Source of the DNA: an uncultured Bacteroidales bacterium
GTDB taxonomy: Bacteria; Bacteroidota; Bacteroidia; Bacteroidales; WCHB1-69
DNA: 64,000 nt
Direction of reading: 5' to 3'
Assembly: GCA_905233625.1 (NCBI GenBank)
Contig: CAJOFJ010000004.1
Span: forward strand, 76,427 to 140,426
How positions within the stretch are numbered: position 1 is the first letter of the stretch; each line of letters begins with the position of its first letter. Below the pieces are notes generated by a model. It was given only the letters and a program-made list of their open reading frames with translations, was not told where the DNA came from and did not search any database. Made by a program: the position numbers and the translations under genes. Positions 18,024 through 29,200 of this stretch are shown here, piece by piece.

Positions 18024-18869
18024 TTAGAAGTCTCCCAAAGTTTCCGGCAATTGGGCCAAAGCAGCGGCAGCCTGCTCATCATTTGGAGGCGTGCCATGCC
18101 ACTTATGGGTACCCATCATAAAATCGACACCCATACCCATTTCGGTCTTCATCACCACCACCACAGGTTTTTGCTGGAACAGGGCATTTTTGGCCTTTTT
18201 CATCGTATCCACAACATCTTCCATCCTGTTTCCGTCCATTTGCATCACCTGCCAGTTAAACGCCTCAAATTTGGCAGTAATCTCTCTCAGTGAGCACACC
18301 TCATCAGTCGGGCCGTCTATCTGCTTGCCGTTGAAATCCACCACGGCAATCAGGTTGTCAACATGCTTGGCTCCGGCAAACATCACGGCCTCCCATATCT
18401 GTCCCTCTTGCAATTCGCCATCGCCGGTCAAGGCATAAACCACATGCTTGTCTTCATTCGCTTTTTTAGCCAAAGCGGCACCAATAGCCACAGAGAGACC
18501 TTGTCCGAGCGAACCCGAGGCGATACGGATACCCGGGATTTTCTCCACGGGAGTAGGATGTCCTTGCAAACGAGTACCAAGTTTTCGGAATGAAGCCAGT
18601 TCTGCCACGGGGAAAAAGCCACGCCGTGCCATCACGCTATATAACACCGGGGTAATATGTCCATTGGATAAAAAGAACATATCTTGGTTTTTTCCTTCCT
18701 TGGTAAAAGTTTCCGGAGACATGTCCATCAGTTCAAAGTGCAAGGCGGTCAGGAAGTCGGTACAACCCAGAGAGCCTCCGGGATGACCAGATTTTGCACC
18801 ATGTACCATTCTGATAATATCTCGACGCACTTGGGCGGCAATATTTTTTAATTCGTCAATTGTAGCCAT
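18024..18869 (-). CDS. Transketolase, N-terminal (TPP-binding) subunit only
   Basis: 281 aa from ATG 18869; the track start at 18890 is a TTG extension. Motifs include GHPGGSL and GDGELQEG. No C-terminal subunit gene is adjacent. Confidence 0.85.
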   Translation of the reverse strand: MATIDELKNIAAQVRRDIIRMVHGAKSGHPGGSLGCTDFLTALHFELMDMSPETFTKEGKNQDMFFLSNGHITPVLYSVMARRGFFPVAELASFRKLGTRLQGHPTPVEKIPGIRIASGSLGQGLSVAIGAALAKKANEDKHVVYALTGDGELQEGQIWEAVMFAGAKHVDNLIAVVDFNGKQIDGPTDEVCSLREITAKFEAFNWQVMQMDGNRMEDVVDTMKKAKNALFQQKPVVVVMKTEMGMGVDFMMGTHKWHGTPPNDEQAAAALAQLPETLGDF

Positions 18870-18888
18870 AACGATTATTTTTCCAACC

Positions 18889-18978
18889 AAGAATTAAGAG
18901 TTAAGAGTTAAAAGTTAAGAATTATAAGAAAAGCCCCATTCTTAATTCTTAGTTCTTAGTTCTTAGTTCTTAATTCTT
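18889..18978. repeat. Heptad-repeat inverted array forming a ~40-bp hairpin
   Basis: Hand-folded: 18889-18930 pairs with 18939-18978, with an 8-nt loop and a 2-nt bulge. The right arm includes the HIT gene stop codon (AAG AAT TAA). Confidence 0.8.
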
Positions 18979-19368
18979 AAACTCAGCGGCGATAGCGGCA
19001 GCTATACTTTTGAATTCCTCTTCGGTCAATTTCACACGTTCTTTTTTAAAATCCAAATCACCAACACTATTGATCGGCACAAGATGAATATGGGTATGCG
19101 GCACATCCAAGCCGATGACAGCCACTCCGATACGTTGGCATGGCATCGCTTTTTCCACAGCATGAGCCACTTTTTTGGCAAACACCATCATTTCGGCCAG
19201 GGTTTGGTCATCCAAATCAAAAATATAGTCATTCTGCACTTTCGGCACCACCAGTGTATGACCTTTTGCCAAGGGACTGATATCCAAAAAAGAGTAGAAT
19301 TTGTCGTTTTCCGCAATTTTATAGGAGGGAATCTCTCCTTTGATGATTTTTGTGAAAATTGTTTCCAT
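18970..19368 (-). CDS. HIT-family (histidine triad) nucleotide hydrolase
   Basis: HTHIHLVP histidine-triad motif; 132 aa. Confidence 0.9.
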   Translation of the reverse strand: METIFTKIIKGEIPSYKIAENDKFYSFLDISPLAKGHTLVVPKVQNDYIFDLDDQTLAEMMVFAKKVAHAVEKAMPCQRIGVAVIGLDVPHTHIHLVPINSVGDLDFKKERVKLTEEEFKSIAAAIAAEFKN

Positions 19369-19374
19369 AATCCT

Positions 19375-19848
19375 TTATCTTGTTACATCCATAATTTCAA
19401 GTTTGATGATGCCCACCGGAACTTTTACCTCCACAATTTCACCTTTCTGCTTACCAATCAATGCTTTAGCAATTGGAGAGGTAACCGAAATCTTACCTGA
19501 TTTCAGATCCGATTCTGATTCTGGCACCAAGGTATAGGCCATCACCATGTTATTCTGCAGGTTTTTCACCTGCACTTTCGAATAAATCAGAATTTTGGAC
19601 ACATCTATCTTTGATTCATCCAAAATACGGGCATTGGCCACCAAGTTTTTCAGTTTAGCAATTTTCAGTTCCAGCATACCCTGGGCCTCTTTAGCCGCGT
19701 CGTACTCTGCGTTTTCAGACAGGTCTCCCTTATCACGGGCTTCGGCGATAGCGGCAGAGATTTTGGGTCGTTCCACGCTTTCCAGCTGTTTCAGTTCCTC
19801 TTTAAGCTGTTCCAAGCTTTCTTTTGAATAATATTTAATCGTATCCAT
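19375..19848 (-). CDS. greA: Transcription elongation factor GreA
   Basis: Coiled-coil N-terminus (LKEELKQLE...RPKISAAIAEARDKGDLSENAEYDAAKE) and a C-terminal FKBP-like domain. The start is placed at the internal ATG 19848. Confidence 0.9.
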   Translation of the reverse strand: MDTIKYYSKESLEQLKEELKQLESVERPKISAAIAEARDKGDLSENAEYDAAKEAQGMLELKIAKLKNLVANARILDESKIDVSKILIYSKVQVKNLQNNMVMAYTLVPESESDLKSGKISVTSPIAKALIGKQKGEIVEVKVPVGIIKLEIMDVTR

Positions 19849-19872
19849 AATAAATTTATTGTATTCGTTATA

Positions 19873-19901
19873 CAAATAAAAGAGGCTTAACTAAAAGCCC
19901 C
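19873..19901 (-). terminator. Rho-independent terminator after the PorV-like gene
   Basis: On the minus strand, AGGGGCTT-TTAGT-AAGCCTCT is followed by TTTATTTG. Confidence 0.55.
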
Positions 19902-19934
19902 TTTTGTTATGCGTTAATATGTGTTGAGAAAGGA

Positions 19935-21146
19935 TTATAAAGCCAGCTTTAAGCTAACATAATGGTTTCCTTTCCATTTATTGGTAAATCTATATGCATA
20001 GTCAAGAATGAGTTTCTGGTTACCCTTTTCTTTTTTCACCAAAGGAATACCCACTGAGCAACCCAAAGAAGGACCAGCATAAATTGATTCGGGGTTCACG
20101 CTGGTGATAGCCGTGATCTTGTTCGGTTTGTCGGGATTGTTTCTCTCCACGCCAAAACTTTCCAGGCTATAGCCCACACGGACCATGAAATACTGTTTGA
20201 AAGCGTATTCCAGACCCAAGGTGAAGATGTCGCGTGAGTATGAGTTGGCGACAAAAGAACCTGCCAAAGTCAGACGATGGTCGGCATCGTTACGGGTAAG
20301 GCCCTCATCTTTTCTTTCTTCTTTGTCCATATCTTTATAAATACCACCGAAGAAAAGAAAATCATAAGAAATACCGAGTGCCAGCAAAGAAGGCATTTCA
20401 TATTCGGCGCTACGGGTCTCCAGAGAGATTTCGTGTTCCGTATCCGTAATGACTGCTCTTTGCAGAATACCGTCACCTTTATAGCTGATAGGAAGACCAA
20501 TATTCTTCAAAGTCACACCGATTTTGAAATTCTCGTATGGACCGGCCAAATATTGTACACCTGCATCGATAGCCACACCTGTAGCATTCAAGTCAGAAAC
20601 ACTCTCATTAACAATCTTCACGCTCACACCACCATGGATATACTGGTTGAAAGATTTAGCGTAATGAATGCCAATGTTCAAATATTTCGGAGAGAAATTA
20701 CCCATTTGGCCTTCCGGCTGATCAACCGTAGTAATAGGAATATCACCGAAGTTCATAATAAAGACGGAAACACCGAGCACACCATAATCTTTGATTTTTT
20801 TGCCGGTAGCTTTGTCTCTTTTGGCCAAAGACTGACCAATAGCGATAGAATTGATGTTGATGCCGCAATTGGAACCTGTCAGATACTGGGTTCTTGAGAA
20901 ACCCAGTTCTGTCTTGTTCACAAATGCTAAACCAGCGACATTGGAATATACAGATTCCATACCTCTGATTTCGGCAACACCTGCATTACCCCAACCGTTT
21001 GATCTTGCCCAAGGGTCGATTAACAAGCTGGATGCACCAGCCTGACCAGAACGGTCTCTGTTACCTGCGAATGATTGTCCCGCGTATGAAAGGAGACCAA
21101 CAACTGCGCAAATGATAAATGTTTTATATACTTTATTCATAGTCAT
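19935..21146 (-). CDS. PorV/PorQ-family outer-membrane beta-barrel (PorV paralogue-like)
   Basis: Signal peptide present. The N-terminal block GQAGASSLLIDPWARSNGWGNAGVAEIRGMESVYSNVAGLAF matches the family pattern G.AGA..L.I....R..G.G.A..A......NPAGLA. The sequence shows amphipathic beta-strand character throughout. Confidence 0.65.
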   Translation of the reverse strand: MTMNKVYKTFIICAVVGLLSYAGQSFAGNRDRSGQAGASSLLIDPWARSNGWGNAGVAEIRGMESVYSNVAGLAFVNKTELGFSRTQYLTGSNCGININSIAIGQSLAKRDKATGKKIKDYGVLGVSVFIMNFGDIPITTVDQPEGQMGNFSPKYLNIGIHYAKSFNQYIHGGVSVKIVNESVSDLNATGVAIDAGVQYLAGPYENFKIGVTLKNIGLPISYKGDGILQRAVITDTEHEISLETRSAEYEMPSLLALGISYDFLFFGGIYKDMDKEERKDEGLTRNDADHRLTLAGSFVANSYSRDIFTLGLEYAFKQYFMVRVGYSLESFGVERNNPDKPNKITAITSVNPESIYAGPSLGCSVGIPLVKKEKGNQKLILDYAYRFTNKWKGNHYVSLKLAL

Positions 21147-21174
21147 AATTTTTTATATTCTCAAGTAAACAGTT

Positions 21175-24100
21175 TTAGAATGCATTTAAGTCGGTTGGAC
21201 GCATAGCGCAGAAGAATCTCAGGGTTCTTTCACCCACATTAGGAGCTTTCACATGGATAATATATATACCACCTGCAACAGGAATTCCCGCATGGTTCTT
21301 CAAATCCCAATCAATATAAGTAGTTGCATCATCAGAAGCTTTTTTGCTCAATGTGCGGATCAGGACACCATTGGCGGTATAAATGGAGACTTCGCAAGGA
21401 GCCGGCAGATTCACAATCTTCACGTAAGTTTCGAGTGCGGTTGACTCATACTTGGAGAATCCGTAGTATGGGTTCGGCACAATATTGATATCTTGCAACA
21501 TCTCGTTATGGTATTCTTTGGTTTCGTTGATAACCGGAGCCAAGTCAACGGTTGAGAAAGTATACAAGGGGAAGCCTGCATTTTCCATCGGACCGTTATT
21601 GGTTTCATATTCTAATCTCTGGTCATCGCTATACCAACGGGATTTGTATCTCATGTAAGGACGGGACACACGGATTTTCACAGTTGCGTCATTACCGGGC
21701 TGCAACCAATAATTCTCATATTCTGGCATAGGCATAGGTATGCTGGCCCACATCACGTTATTGAACACCTGCATCTTCAGAGCTTTTCTCAAAGGACGGT
21801 CCAGAACTGTATCTGATGTGAAAGACGAGAACTTGGCTGCCAGCCATTCACCTTCATCGTATGGACCGCAATCAAAGAAATTATAGGTATGAGAGCCGTC
21901 CGGACTAAGAACCGGCATGTCACTGATGTCATCACGAATTGATCCACCATGGTTATATTGAACATAGCTTGCTCCATTCATACTACCAGCACCGGAAATA
22001 AACTGGTCATTGTTATTGTAGTTACGTTTTGCATTTTGATCCTCATATTGAATAGGAGCCGTTGAACCGGCGCTGCCACAAATATAGAGGTAATGTCTTC
22101 CGCCGAAAGAAGGCTCTGGCACTTCACAAATAGCGTGAACATCATCAACGCCACCATGATCGAGCCTATTGTATGTTTCGTACAATTCAATGTATTCACT
22201 CTCCGACAAATTAGTTACTTCACCAGTTTCAGGATTGGTAATATATGCATAAACATTGGTAGGATTAAAGATCATGTCATTTCCGTTATTTAGAGTATCC
22301 AGTGAATTTTCGGAGAACATGATATTCAATCTTTCACCCGTTTCAATATTGATAGCATAACCCGGGAACCAACCAAAACCTCTCGTATTGGTATTATCAC
22401 GGTTACCATCTTTATCCACTGACCATGCTTTTTTGGGTTCATGACGAATATTGTCACCATATTCAGTAGGGACTAAACCGCTTTCTGTTGAGCCGGCCTC
22501 CAAAACAAGACAACGTGTCCACAGGCTCTTATCCGAAGTAAAGACCACGTCAACAGAATAGAGATTTGTCATCGTCATATTATGGCCCATAGCCCATTTA
22601 TTATGGTTGGTCGAAGAATGCTGATCAGCGGATTCACCAGAGTCATAGTGCGGATAATAGCCATCAGTATAAACCAAAGGTTTAAGTAACTCGTTAAAAT
22701 CATAATAACGCGGTGTCGGATAACCTGCAGCAGCAGCATAGTAAACAGTATCCGGAACAATGAAACAAGCTTTCACACCACCAGAATAAGGCGAAGTAAT
22801 CACATAAGGAGACCACAAACCATATACTAATGTCTCAAACTGTGCCGTTGGATCCTTAAATGCTCTCATACACTGTGTGATAAACGGAGAACCATCACCA
22901 TTGGGTGGATAAATTTCGCAAGCATCTTCAGTTCTCCATTTCATATATTCATCTTCAGCACCATCCTGAGACGACCATTGCTCCCAGTTTCCTTGGGCCT
23001 GGGTACCTGAACGGATCCAGTTGCTTGGGTATTCACCAGCTCTGTCTCTCAAACCGTATAACCATGTGCTTGACTGATTTTGGTATGACATGGAAGACCC
23101 CAAATAAGTTACCTGACCTGCCATCAACATACCACCCGTAGATACGGTACCACCGCCAGCCTGTCGTAACCAACGCAACTGGCTCTCGTCTTGGATTTCA
23201 AATGGTTTGTTATTAATAGACACCGACAAGCCCAATTCCATGAACAGCTGGTCTGTAGCCACATCAATACTGAAATTAGAAGTATCGGTAGGTTTGGTAA
23301 TATTAAATTCATCTTTCAGGTAAGTATACATTTCTTCTTGTGAAGAGAAGTTTACTCCCTCAACACCTGTAATACTCAACGCCCATTTTGTCTTGCCGTT
23401 CACCTCTTCACCATTTTGGATGAATCTGATTTCGTATGTCAACGGTTTCACCTGCAAAGGATCGATTACTTTGATATCCAATGGACCATAATTACTCTTG
23501 TAAGTAACATTACCGGCAGTGTAATCACCGTTATTACCTCTCAAAATTCTTTCTTTGCTAGCATCATCAATTTCAAGAACAAAACCACCATTACCTTGAC
23601 CCTGAACTCTTGTAATCTTAGGTTGTGTTCCGAATGCACACAATTTGGTCACATCAACACCTGTCGCTTTCGGGCTATGTGGTACAGCCGAATAAACCTT
23701 AATATTTCTACGACCTGCCAGATACGGAGTTTTTTGACCTTTCAAACCATTAGTTATCTGTTCATCAATAGAGAACGGTGCATATTCGTTGTAAGCATAC
23801 GCGATTACCATAAAGTAATAGGTCTTATGGTTCACCAAGGTTGTATTGGTACCTGTAGCAAACTTATCTTCTGTAACTCTGAAAGTTCTCTGGATACCTG
23901 AGTTGGCGCCATTCACCTTCTCTACAGCCACATTGGTATTCAACGACTGGTCAAACTCCCAGTTAATCAACTGTCCAATAGGAGTACCATCTTCCCGGTA
24001 ATTTTTGATATCGCACTGAGCAATCAAACGAACCTTATCCATGTTTCCGATATCAGAAACACTCACATCCTTACCAGAAACCTGATAAATCTGATAACCC

Positions 24101-26220
24101 TCAAAATAATATTTGTTGCTACCTTCGGGATATGACAGAGTCATAGATGTATCTACAGTTGCAGTATGAGAATGTCCAAGTGAATCCACATAATCAAAGG
24201 TATACATTATTGAGTCAATGTCATAAGTAGTACTAATCTGAGGATCAACTTCAGCATAAGACTCATCCTTATTGTTAGAATCATCTCTATCATTAGTTAA
24301 ATAGATAATCAGCTCATTTTCATATTCTTTGATTGTTACATCAGGAGCATCAGGACCATCCAACACTTTGAAGCAGTTTTCGAACAAAGACTGGCATTTG
24401 TCATCAGCGACTTTCAACAATTCAACTGACTGCCATGCGCCACCTGAGAAAGAACGTGCCCAAGGAATACCCACGGTAATATAGTTCACTGCACCACGAC
24501 GGAGGGTGAAAGGACCAGCAGACTGCATGAAACGTCTGTCGCCCGGTTGGTTACCGGAAACAGTCTCTTCAATCCAACCACGACCAGTATTTCCATCATA
24601 AACAGGGTCAATATTACTGAATATAGCACGCTGTGCCGGGTCTTTGATACCCCAGTTACACAAGTCAGTGACTCCTGGGAACATGAAGTCGCACTGAGGT
24701 CCGACCACACCACCCAAGTCGGGGTGTGCTACAGAACCGTATGTCATCCACTGGCCATCATGCCAACGACCTTCCAACATTTTATAATATTCATCTGCTG
24801 TTCTCGGGTCACGACGAGGGCTGTTGTCATTGTTATGGAACACGAAACGTCTCATACCAAAACGTTCGTTATTGGCGATACTATCACCAAAGTTCACACC
24901 ATTGATAGCGAACTGGTCGTTGGGATAGTTGCTACTCAAAAATTGATCACAATACACCCTATTGGCTTGACCCGGCACACCTGCCTGAGTATTATCAAAA
25001 TGAGGATTATCACGTCCTACTTGCTCGCCTGTCGAGTCATCCACCATATAGTCGGCATCGATATACGGACCTTGGAAGAAGTCCACACCCACTGCAGGAG
25101 GATTGGAACCATAGTGCTGAACAAGACCCGTACCGTCGGTAGCGGAACCGTTATAGCAATAACCCAAACCACGGGCCACATCGCAACCCACATAGTCATC
25201 TTCAGCAAAACCCAAATCAGGGTCAACCCACTGGGAGAAGAACGTGCGGTTCAAGTTCGTGGTTGAACGGTTGATGATTTCGTATGAATAAAAAGTCATG
25301 TTGTTCAAATCATCGTTGGTCTGGAAAGCGAAAGCCTGGGCACGGATTTCCAAACCGATAGGAGCACCACCGGTTTCCGTATGTGCATTACCCTTATCGT
25401 TGAATATCCAGAACAATGTCTCGTCGCCTTTCAGCACGTGGTCGGCATAAACCATACCATCAATACCGATTGAATTGGCGTATGTAGGATATTCGGCCAC
25501 CAATTCCTGTTCGTAAGGAATAGGCAGCAAACCATGAGCAGCTCTTGATTTGTTGGCTTCGGTCCATGGACACAAGTCATTGTCGATATCATAGTACGGA
25601 TAGTCACCATTTTCGGGATCATATTCATAGTTGTTATTTACATCCTTAAACGGAGCCAGGTAAAACGACTGTTTTTTATTGTCATAATCACCATGTGCAG
25701 GCCAGTTTCTGATAGCCAGAGACGGGTTGGGGACAGTATGATTGTGCGTGTTCCAAGTACTGATATGTGCGTCCACTTCCGCACGGGTCATTTTAAACAT
25801 TTTATCCCAAGCTGCACATTCTTCCTGGGCAATTTCAGCCAGACCATCCACAGACAGAGGTCCGGTCCAGAAGTCATCACCAACCTGACGGAAACGGACA
25901 GCAGCCAGTTTCAGCTGGTTGTTATCGTCGTATCCACCAATCCACAATGCGGCGGCAAACATTGAGCTCTTACTGGAACCTTTGGGTACCTCATATTCCG
26001 CGATATCTTTATTCCACATGGTACCATTGGTCTCAATATAAGCACGTACATTATTGATAGTCAACTCATTGGAGTTTGTCGCCGACAAACACTTAGCAGA
26101 TCCTGCCTTTGCCTTGGCTTTCTTTTTCGGATCTCCAACCCATCTTTCCGCCTGGACAGTTCCAATCGCAGACAGAAGCACAAGGGCAATTAAAAATAAA
26201 CTTTTAACTATATTCTTCAT
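21175..26220 (-). CDS. Giant (1681 aa) secreted protein with T9SS C-terminal sorting domain, function unknown
   Basis: Signal peptide MKNIVKSLFLIALVLLSAIGTVQA. The last ~95 aa (IVPNPYYGFSKYE...VSIYTANGVLIRTL...WDLKNHAGIPVAGGIYIIHVKAP...) fit the Por-secretion-tail / FlgD-Ig-like CTD pattern. No catalytic motif is recognised. Confidence 0.7.
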   Translation of the reverse strand: MKNIVKSLFLIALVLLSAIGTVQAERWVGDPKKKAKAKAGSAKCLSATNSNELTINNVRAYIETNGTMWNKDIAEYEVPKGSSKSSMFAAALWIGGYDDNNQLKLAAVRFRQVGDDFWTGPLSVDGLAEIAQEECAAWDKMFKMTRAEVDAHISTWNTHNHTVPNPSLAIRNWPAHGDYDNKKQSFYLAPFKDVNNNYEYDPENGDYPYYDIDNDLCPWTEANKSRAAHGLLPIPYEQELVAEYPTYANSIGIDGMVYADHVLKGDETLFWIFNDKGNAHTETGGAPIGLEIRAQAFAFQTNDDLNNMTFYSYEIINRSTTNLNRTFFSQWVDPDLGFAEDDYVGCDVARGLGYCYNGSATDGTGLVQHYGSNPPAVGVDFFQGPYIDADYMVDDSTGEQVGRDNPHFDNTQAGVPGQANRVYCDQFLSSNYPNDQFAINGVNFGDSIANNERFGMRRFVFHNNDNSPRRDPRTADEYYKMLEGRWHDGQWMTYGSVAHPDLGGVVGPQCDFMFPGVTDLCNWGIKDPAQRAIFSNIDPVYDGNTGRGWIEETVSGNQPGDRRFMQSAGPFTLRRGAVNYITVGIPWARSFSGGAWQSVELLKVADDKCQSLFENCFKVLDGPDAPDVTIKEYENELIIYLTNDRDDSNNKDESYAEVDPQISTTYDIDSIMYTFDYVDSLGHSHTATVDTSMTLSYPEGSNKYYFEGYQIYQVSGKDVSVSDIGNMDKVRLIAQCDIKNYREDGTPIGQLINWEFDQSLNTNVAVEKVNGANSGIQRTFRVTEDKFATGTNTTLVNHKTYYFMVIAYAYNEYAPFSIDEQITNGLKGQKTPYLAGRRNIKVYSAVPHSPKATGVDVTKLCAFGTQPKITRVQGQGNGGFVLEIDDASKERILRGNNGDYTAGNVTYKSNYGPLDIKVIDPLQVKPLTYEIRFIQNGEEVNGKTKWALSITGVEGVNFSSQEEMYTYLKDEFNITKPTDTSNFSIDVATDQLFMELGLSVSINNKPFEIQDESQLRWLRQAGGGTVSTGGMLMAGQVTYLGSSMSYQNQSSTWLYGLRDRAGEYPSNWIRSGTQAQGNWEQWSSQDGAEDEYMKWRTEDACEIYPPNGDGSPFITQCMRAFKDPTAQFETLVYGLWSPYVITSPYSGGVKACFIVPDTVYYAAAAGYPTPRYYDFNELLKPLVYTDGYYPHYDSGESADQHSSTNHNKWAMGHNMTMTNLYSVDVVFTSDKSLWTRCLVLEAGSTESGLVPTEYGDNIRHEPKKAWSVDKDGNRDNTNTRGFGWFPGYAINIETGERLNIMFSENSLDTLNNGNDMIFNPTNVYAYITNPETGEVTNLSESEYIELYETYNRLDHGGVDDVHAICEVPEPSFGGRHYLYICGSAGSTAPIQYEDQNAKRNYNNNDQFISGAGSMNGASYVQYNHGGSIRDDISDMPVLSPDGSHTYNFFDCGPYDEGEWLAAKFSSFTSDTVLDRPLRKALKMQVFNNVMWASIPMPMPEYENYWLQPGNDATVKIRVSRPYMRYKSRWYSDDQRLEYETNNGPMENAGFPLYTFSTVDLAPVINETKEYHNEMLQDINIVPNPYYGFSKYESTALETYVKIVNLPAPCEVSIYTANGVLIRTLSKKASDDATTYIDWDLKNHAGIPVAGGIYIIHVKAPNVGERTLRFFCAMRPTDLNAF

Positions 26221-26261
26221 GATTATCTGTTTTTATTATTATCAAACTGTTAGAATAAAGC

Positions 26262-29200
26262 TTAGAATCCAAATTGAATACCCAGACTTACACGTGTAGG
26301 ACGGCTGTAATTATATGGACTGCGTATCATCATATTATAGTAGTTAATGAATGAACTACGGTCAGTTTGAGACTCAACAATTGACTGATAAGCTGCTGCT
26401 GACAAGAAACCATCATCATCGGCGTTTCCGGTATAGTCATAAACTGCGATAATATTCTTGAAGTTGAACAAGTTCTGAACATCCAGGTAAACAGTCAGAT
26501 AACCAGGTTTCACACCTTTGGGATTACCATCTTTATCCTTGGCATTCTTGCCATAGAGATTCAAGATAAAAGTCTTGTCGACACGAAGGTCGCACTGGAA
26601 AATCCAAGGTCTATGAGAGCCTTGGAGCGTACCTGCCAAACGTCTGCTTCCTGCCACTCCGAGAGCGGAGTAAGGAACACTTGAACGGCTATAAGGCATA
26701 CCTGAAGCGGCTGAGAAGAGCAGGGTGATACCAGCATTTTCGAACCACTTGATTTCCTTGACTGTGTTGGTGCCTTTCTTAACTTTTCTAGTAACAGGAC
26801 CATTATAATCCACACCACTGTCAAAACGATAATCGATGGTGACACCAATTCTATGGCGCTGGTCGAATTCCAAATTCACCAAGGTTCTCAGGTTCGGCTG
26901 ACCAGACTGGATGATAGCCTTGTTGGATGTTTCATCTGAACCAGTACCTTTAGCGAACTGCAAGGTATAGTTGGCATGGAAAGAAATGTTTTTGAATCTT
27001 CTCAATTCATAACTCAGTGTGAAGCCCTGAACGGTACCAAAGTCCATGTTCTTGTAAGAAGAATAGGAAGAGGGATATGCACCCACGTAACGATAATACT
27101 GGATCATGTCACGTTTTTCCGAATAGTAGGCTGCAAGACTGATAGCCGATTTCTCACCAATTTTCTGACGGAAACCGATTTCATAATCCACACTTCGCTG
27201 AGGTTTCAATGCGGGATTAGACACAGCACTGTAACCCATATCCTCAATAAACATATAACTGATAGGGTTCACATTCAGAGCAGTAGGACGAGTAGTCACA
27301 ATATTATAGTGTGCATAGAACAAAGAGTTGTCGGATACCGGGAAGGAGAAGGAGATACGGGGCATTACTGACCAGTGAGGTGCGTAGCTGCCGAATGCAT
27401 CTGCTTCTACCTTGGTGATATCTTTTTCATCCAATTTATTCTTCAAGATAGGACCTGAGGTATTCAGTGAAAGTTCTGTTTCAGGGTCAGTCACCAAGTC
27501 ACCCTGGGCATTATACCAATTGTCGCCATCACGATAACCGATCACCGCAACGTCAAAGTTCTCAGGGTTCAGGTTTTCGTTGTAATAATGTTTCTGGCTG
27601 ACATATACGTACCAATTGTCATTAGCGCCTTCGAGCAGGGTTTCCTTGCCAAAGTTCAACGCTTTCAATTCCTTAACGGTATAAGCATCACGGAACAAAT
27701 AGGGATCTTTCAGCACATCCTGATTGGCATCGAAATAGTCCACACGAACACCCACACTGAAAAGCAAGCTGTTGATAGAGAATTTATCCTGCAAGTAGAA
27801 AGCCATATAGGTAGGACGGTATGCTCCGATTTCGTATGATCTTTTACCATCTTTCTTGGTAAAGAAATCTTTGATGGAAGCACTACCTCTGTATTTATTT
27901 CCCAATGCATCGTAACCCATGTAACCGACAGGACCTCCCTGGCCAGTACCCACTACTAATTCTTCCGTGGAGAACAGTGACAAACCGCCCATTTCCATAT
28001 ACTGTGAAGGAGTGATATCATCCACATCCACCCACTCTCTCAAGCCAAGGCCCAACTGTTTACGGATATTCTCGGCAAAACTTCCAGTTTCCACATCACC
28101 CAATGCACGGTCGAACCACACATAAATATCTCCATTATAACCGTGGAAATCAATACCGTGTTCATTGATAAAATTCTGTCTTTGTTCCGCATTATACCAT
28201 GAAGGCATCTGTGCGTCTAAGTATACCGGATGGGTCAAGTCGAGCTCACTGTTGTGCAAATTCGCCTTATCTCTCATCAAAGACCAAAGTCCGAAAGGAT
28301 TAACGGAATAGCTGCGATATATCATCTGTTCAAACTCAAAACCAAATTTCAACTCATGATTGGTCAAGTTCATAGAGACACTGGCTTTCATGCCCACCAC
28401 ATCTCTCTGCGTTTTCTCATAACCCGTCACAGGAATACTGGGAGCATTATAGAAACCATAGGGGCCTGATCCTCTTTGACCATTCAGAAGTGCACCGAAA
28501 CGCGCATACATAGTTTTATCATACGGCAACGTTTCATCCATCACAGAGTTAAAAAAGCTGGGAGTGAACTGATCGTAGAAGTTCTGGGTATAAAACACCA
28601 GACCAGGGTTGAGATTACCCGCCTCAAAGGTAAGGAGGGTATCCAGACGGTTAATCATCTTATATATATTACCATTACTATTGGTAACATAATAGGTGAT
28701 ACCAGTTTCCGGATCTGTATAATATTCTTCCGGAACGAGATCATACGTTTCAGCAAAATGAGACTTGAAACGACCGATATAACCATAATTGAACAAATTG
28801 CCCTTATGAATAGCATCCTGGGAAAGGCTATTACTGCGGGTATAGTTGATATTGATATCATACATCACGTTTTTCAGGATACCATTACCCGTTGTATCGG
28901 TATAAACCCTGTGGTTCAAACGGGCACTCACACGGGCGGTATTGGAAATTCCCTCACCATTATTCTGGGCATTGAACAACGAATTGCCAATAGACCAACT
29001 TCTACCCTTGTAATATTCGTATGAACCGTTGAAAGAAAGACGGATATTATTGGTTTTGCCCATGAGGAACTCGATTTTACCCTGAGCCAGATAATTCCAA
29101 TAACCGGCATTGTCACGTACTCTTTGTTTCACAAAAGCGTCAGAGCCCAAGTATTCGGCTTCGGTTTTATATACGCCGAGAGTACCTTGGGGATAGCGGA

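Noticed and set aside
17944-18978. Heptad repeat arrays as a CRISPR array or minisatellite-encoded peptide
   Set aside because: The period is 7 nt, there are no unique spacers, the arrays are under 100 bp, and they contain stop codons in every frame. They are inconsistent with CRISPR or coding repeats.
21175-26220. Calling the 1681-aa protein PorU (T9SS sortase) because it precedes a PorV-like gene
   Set aside because: I could not see a gingipain/C25-like catalytic His/Cys signature. The protein is about 400-500 aa longer than the PorU proteins I remember, and the adjacent barrel looks like a family paralogue rather than housekeeping PorV. The possibility is kept as the explicit refutation test for the trio finding.
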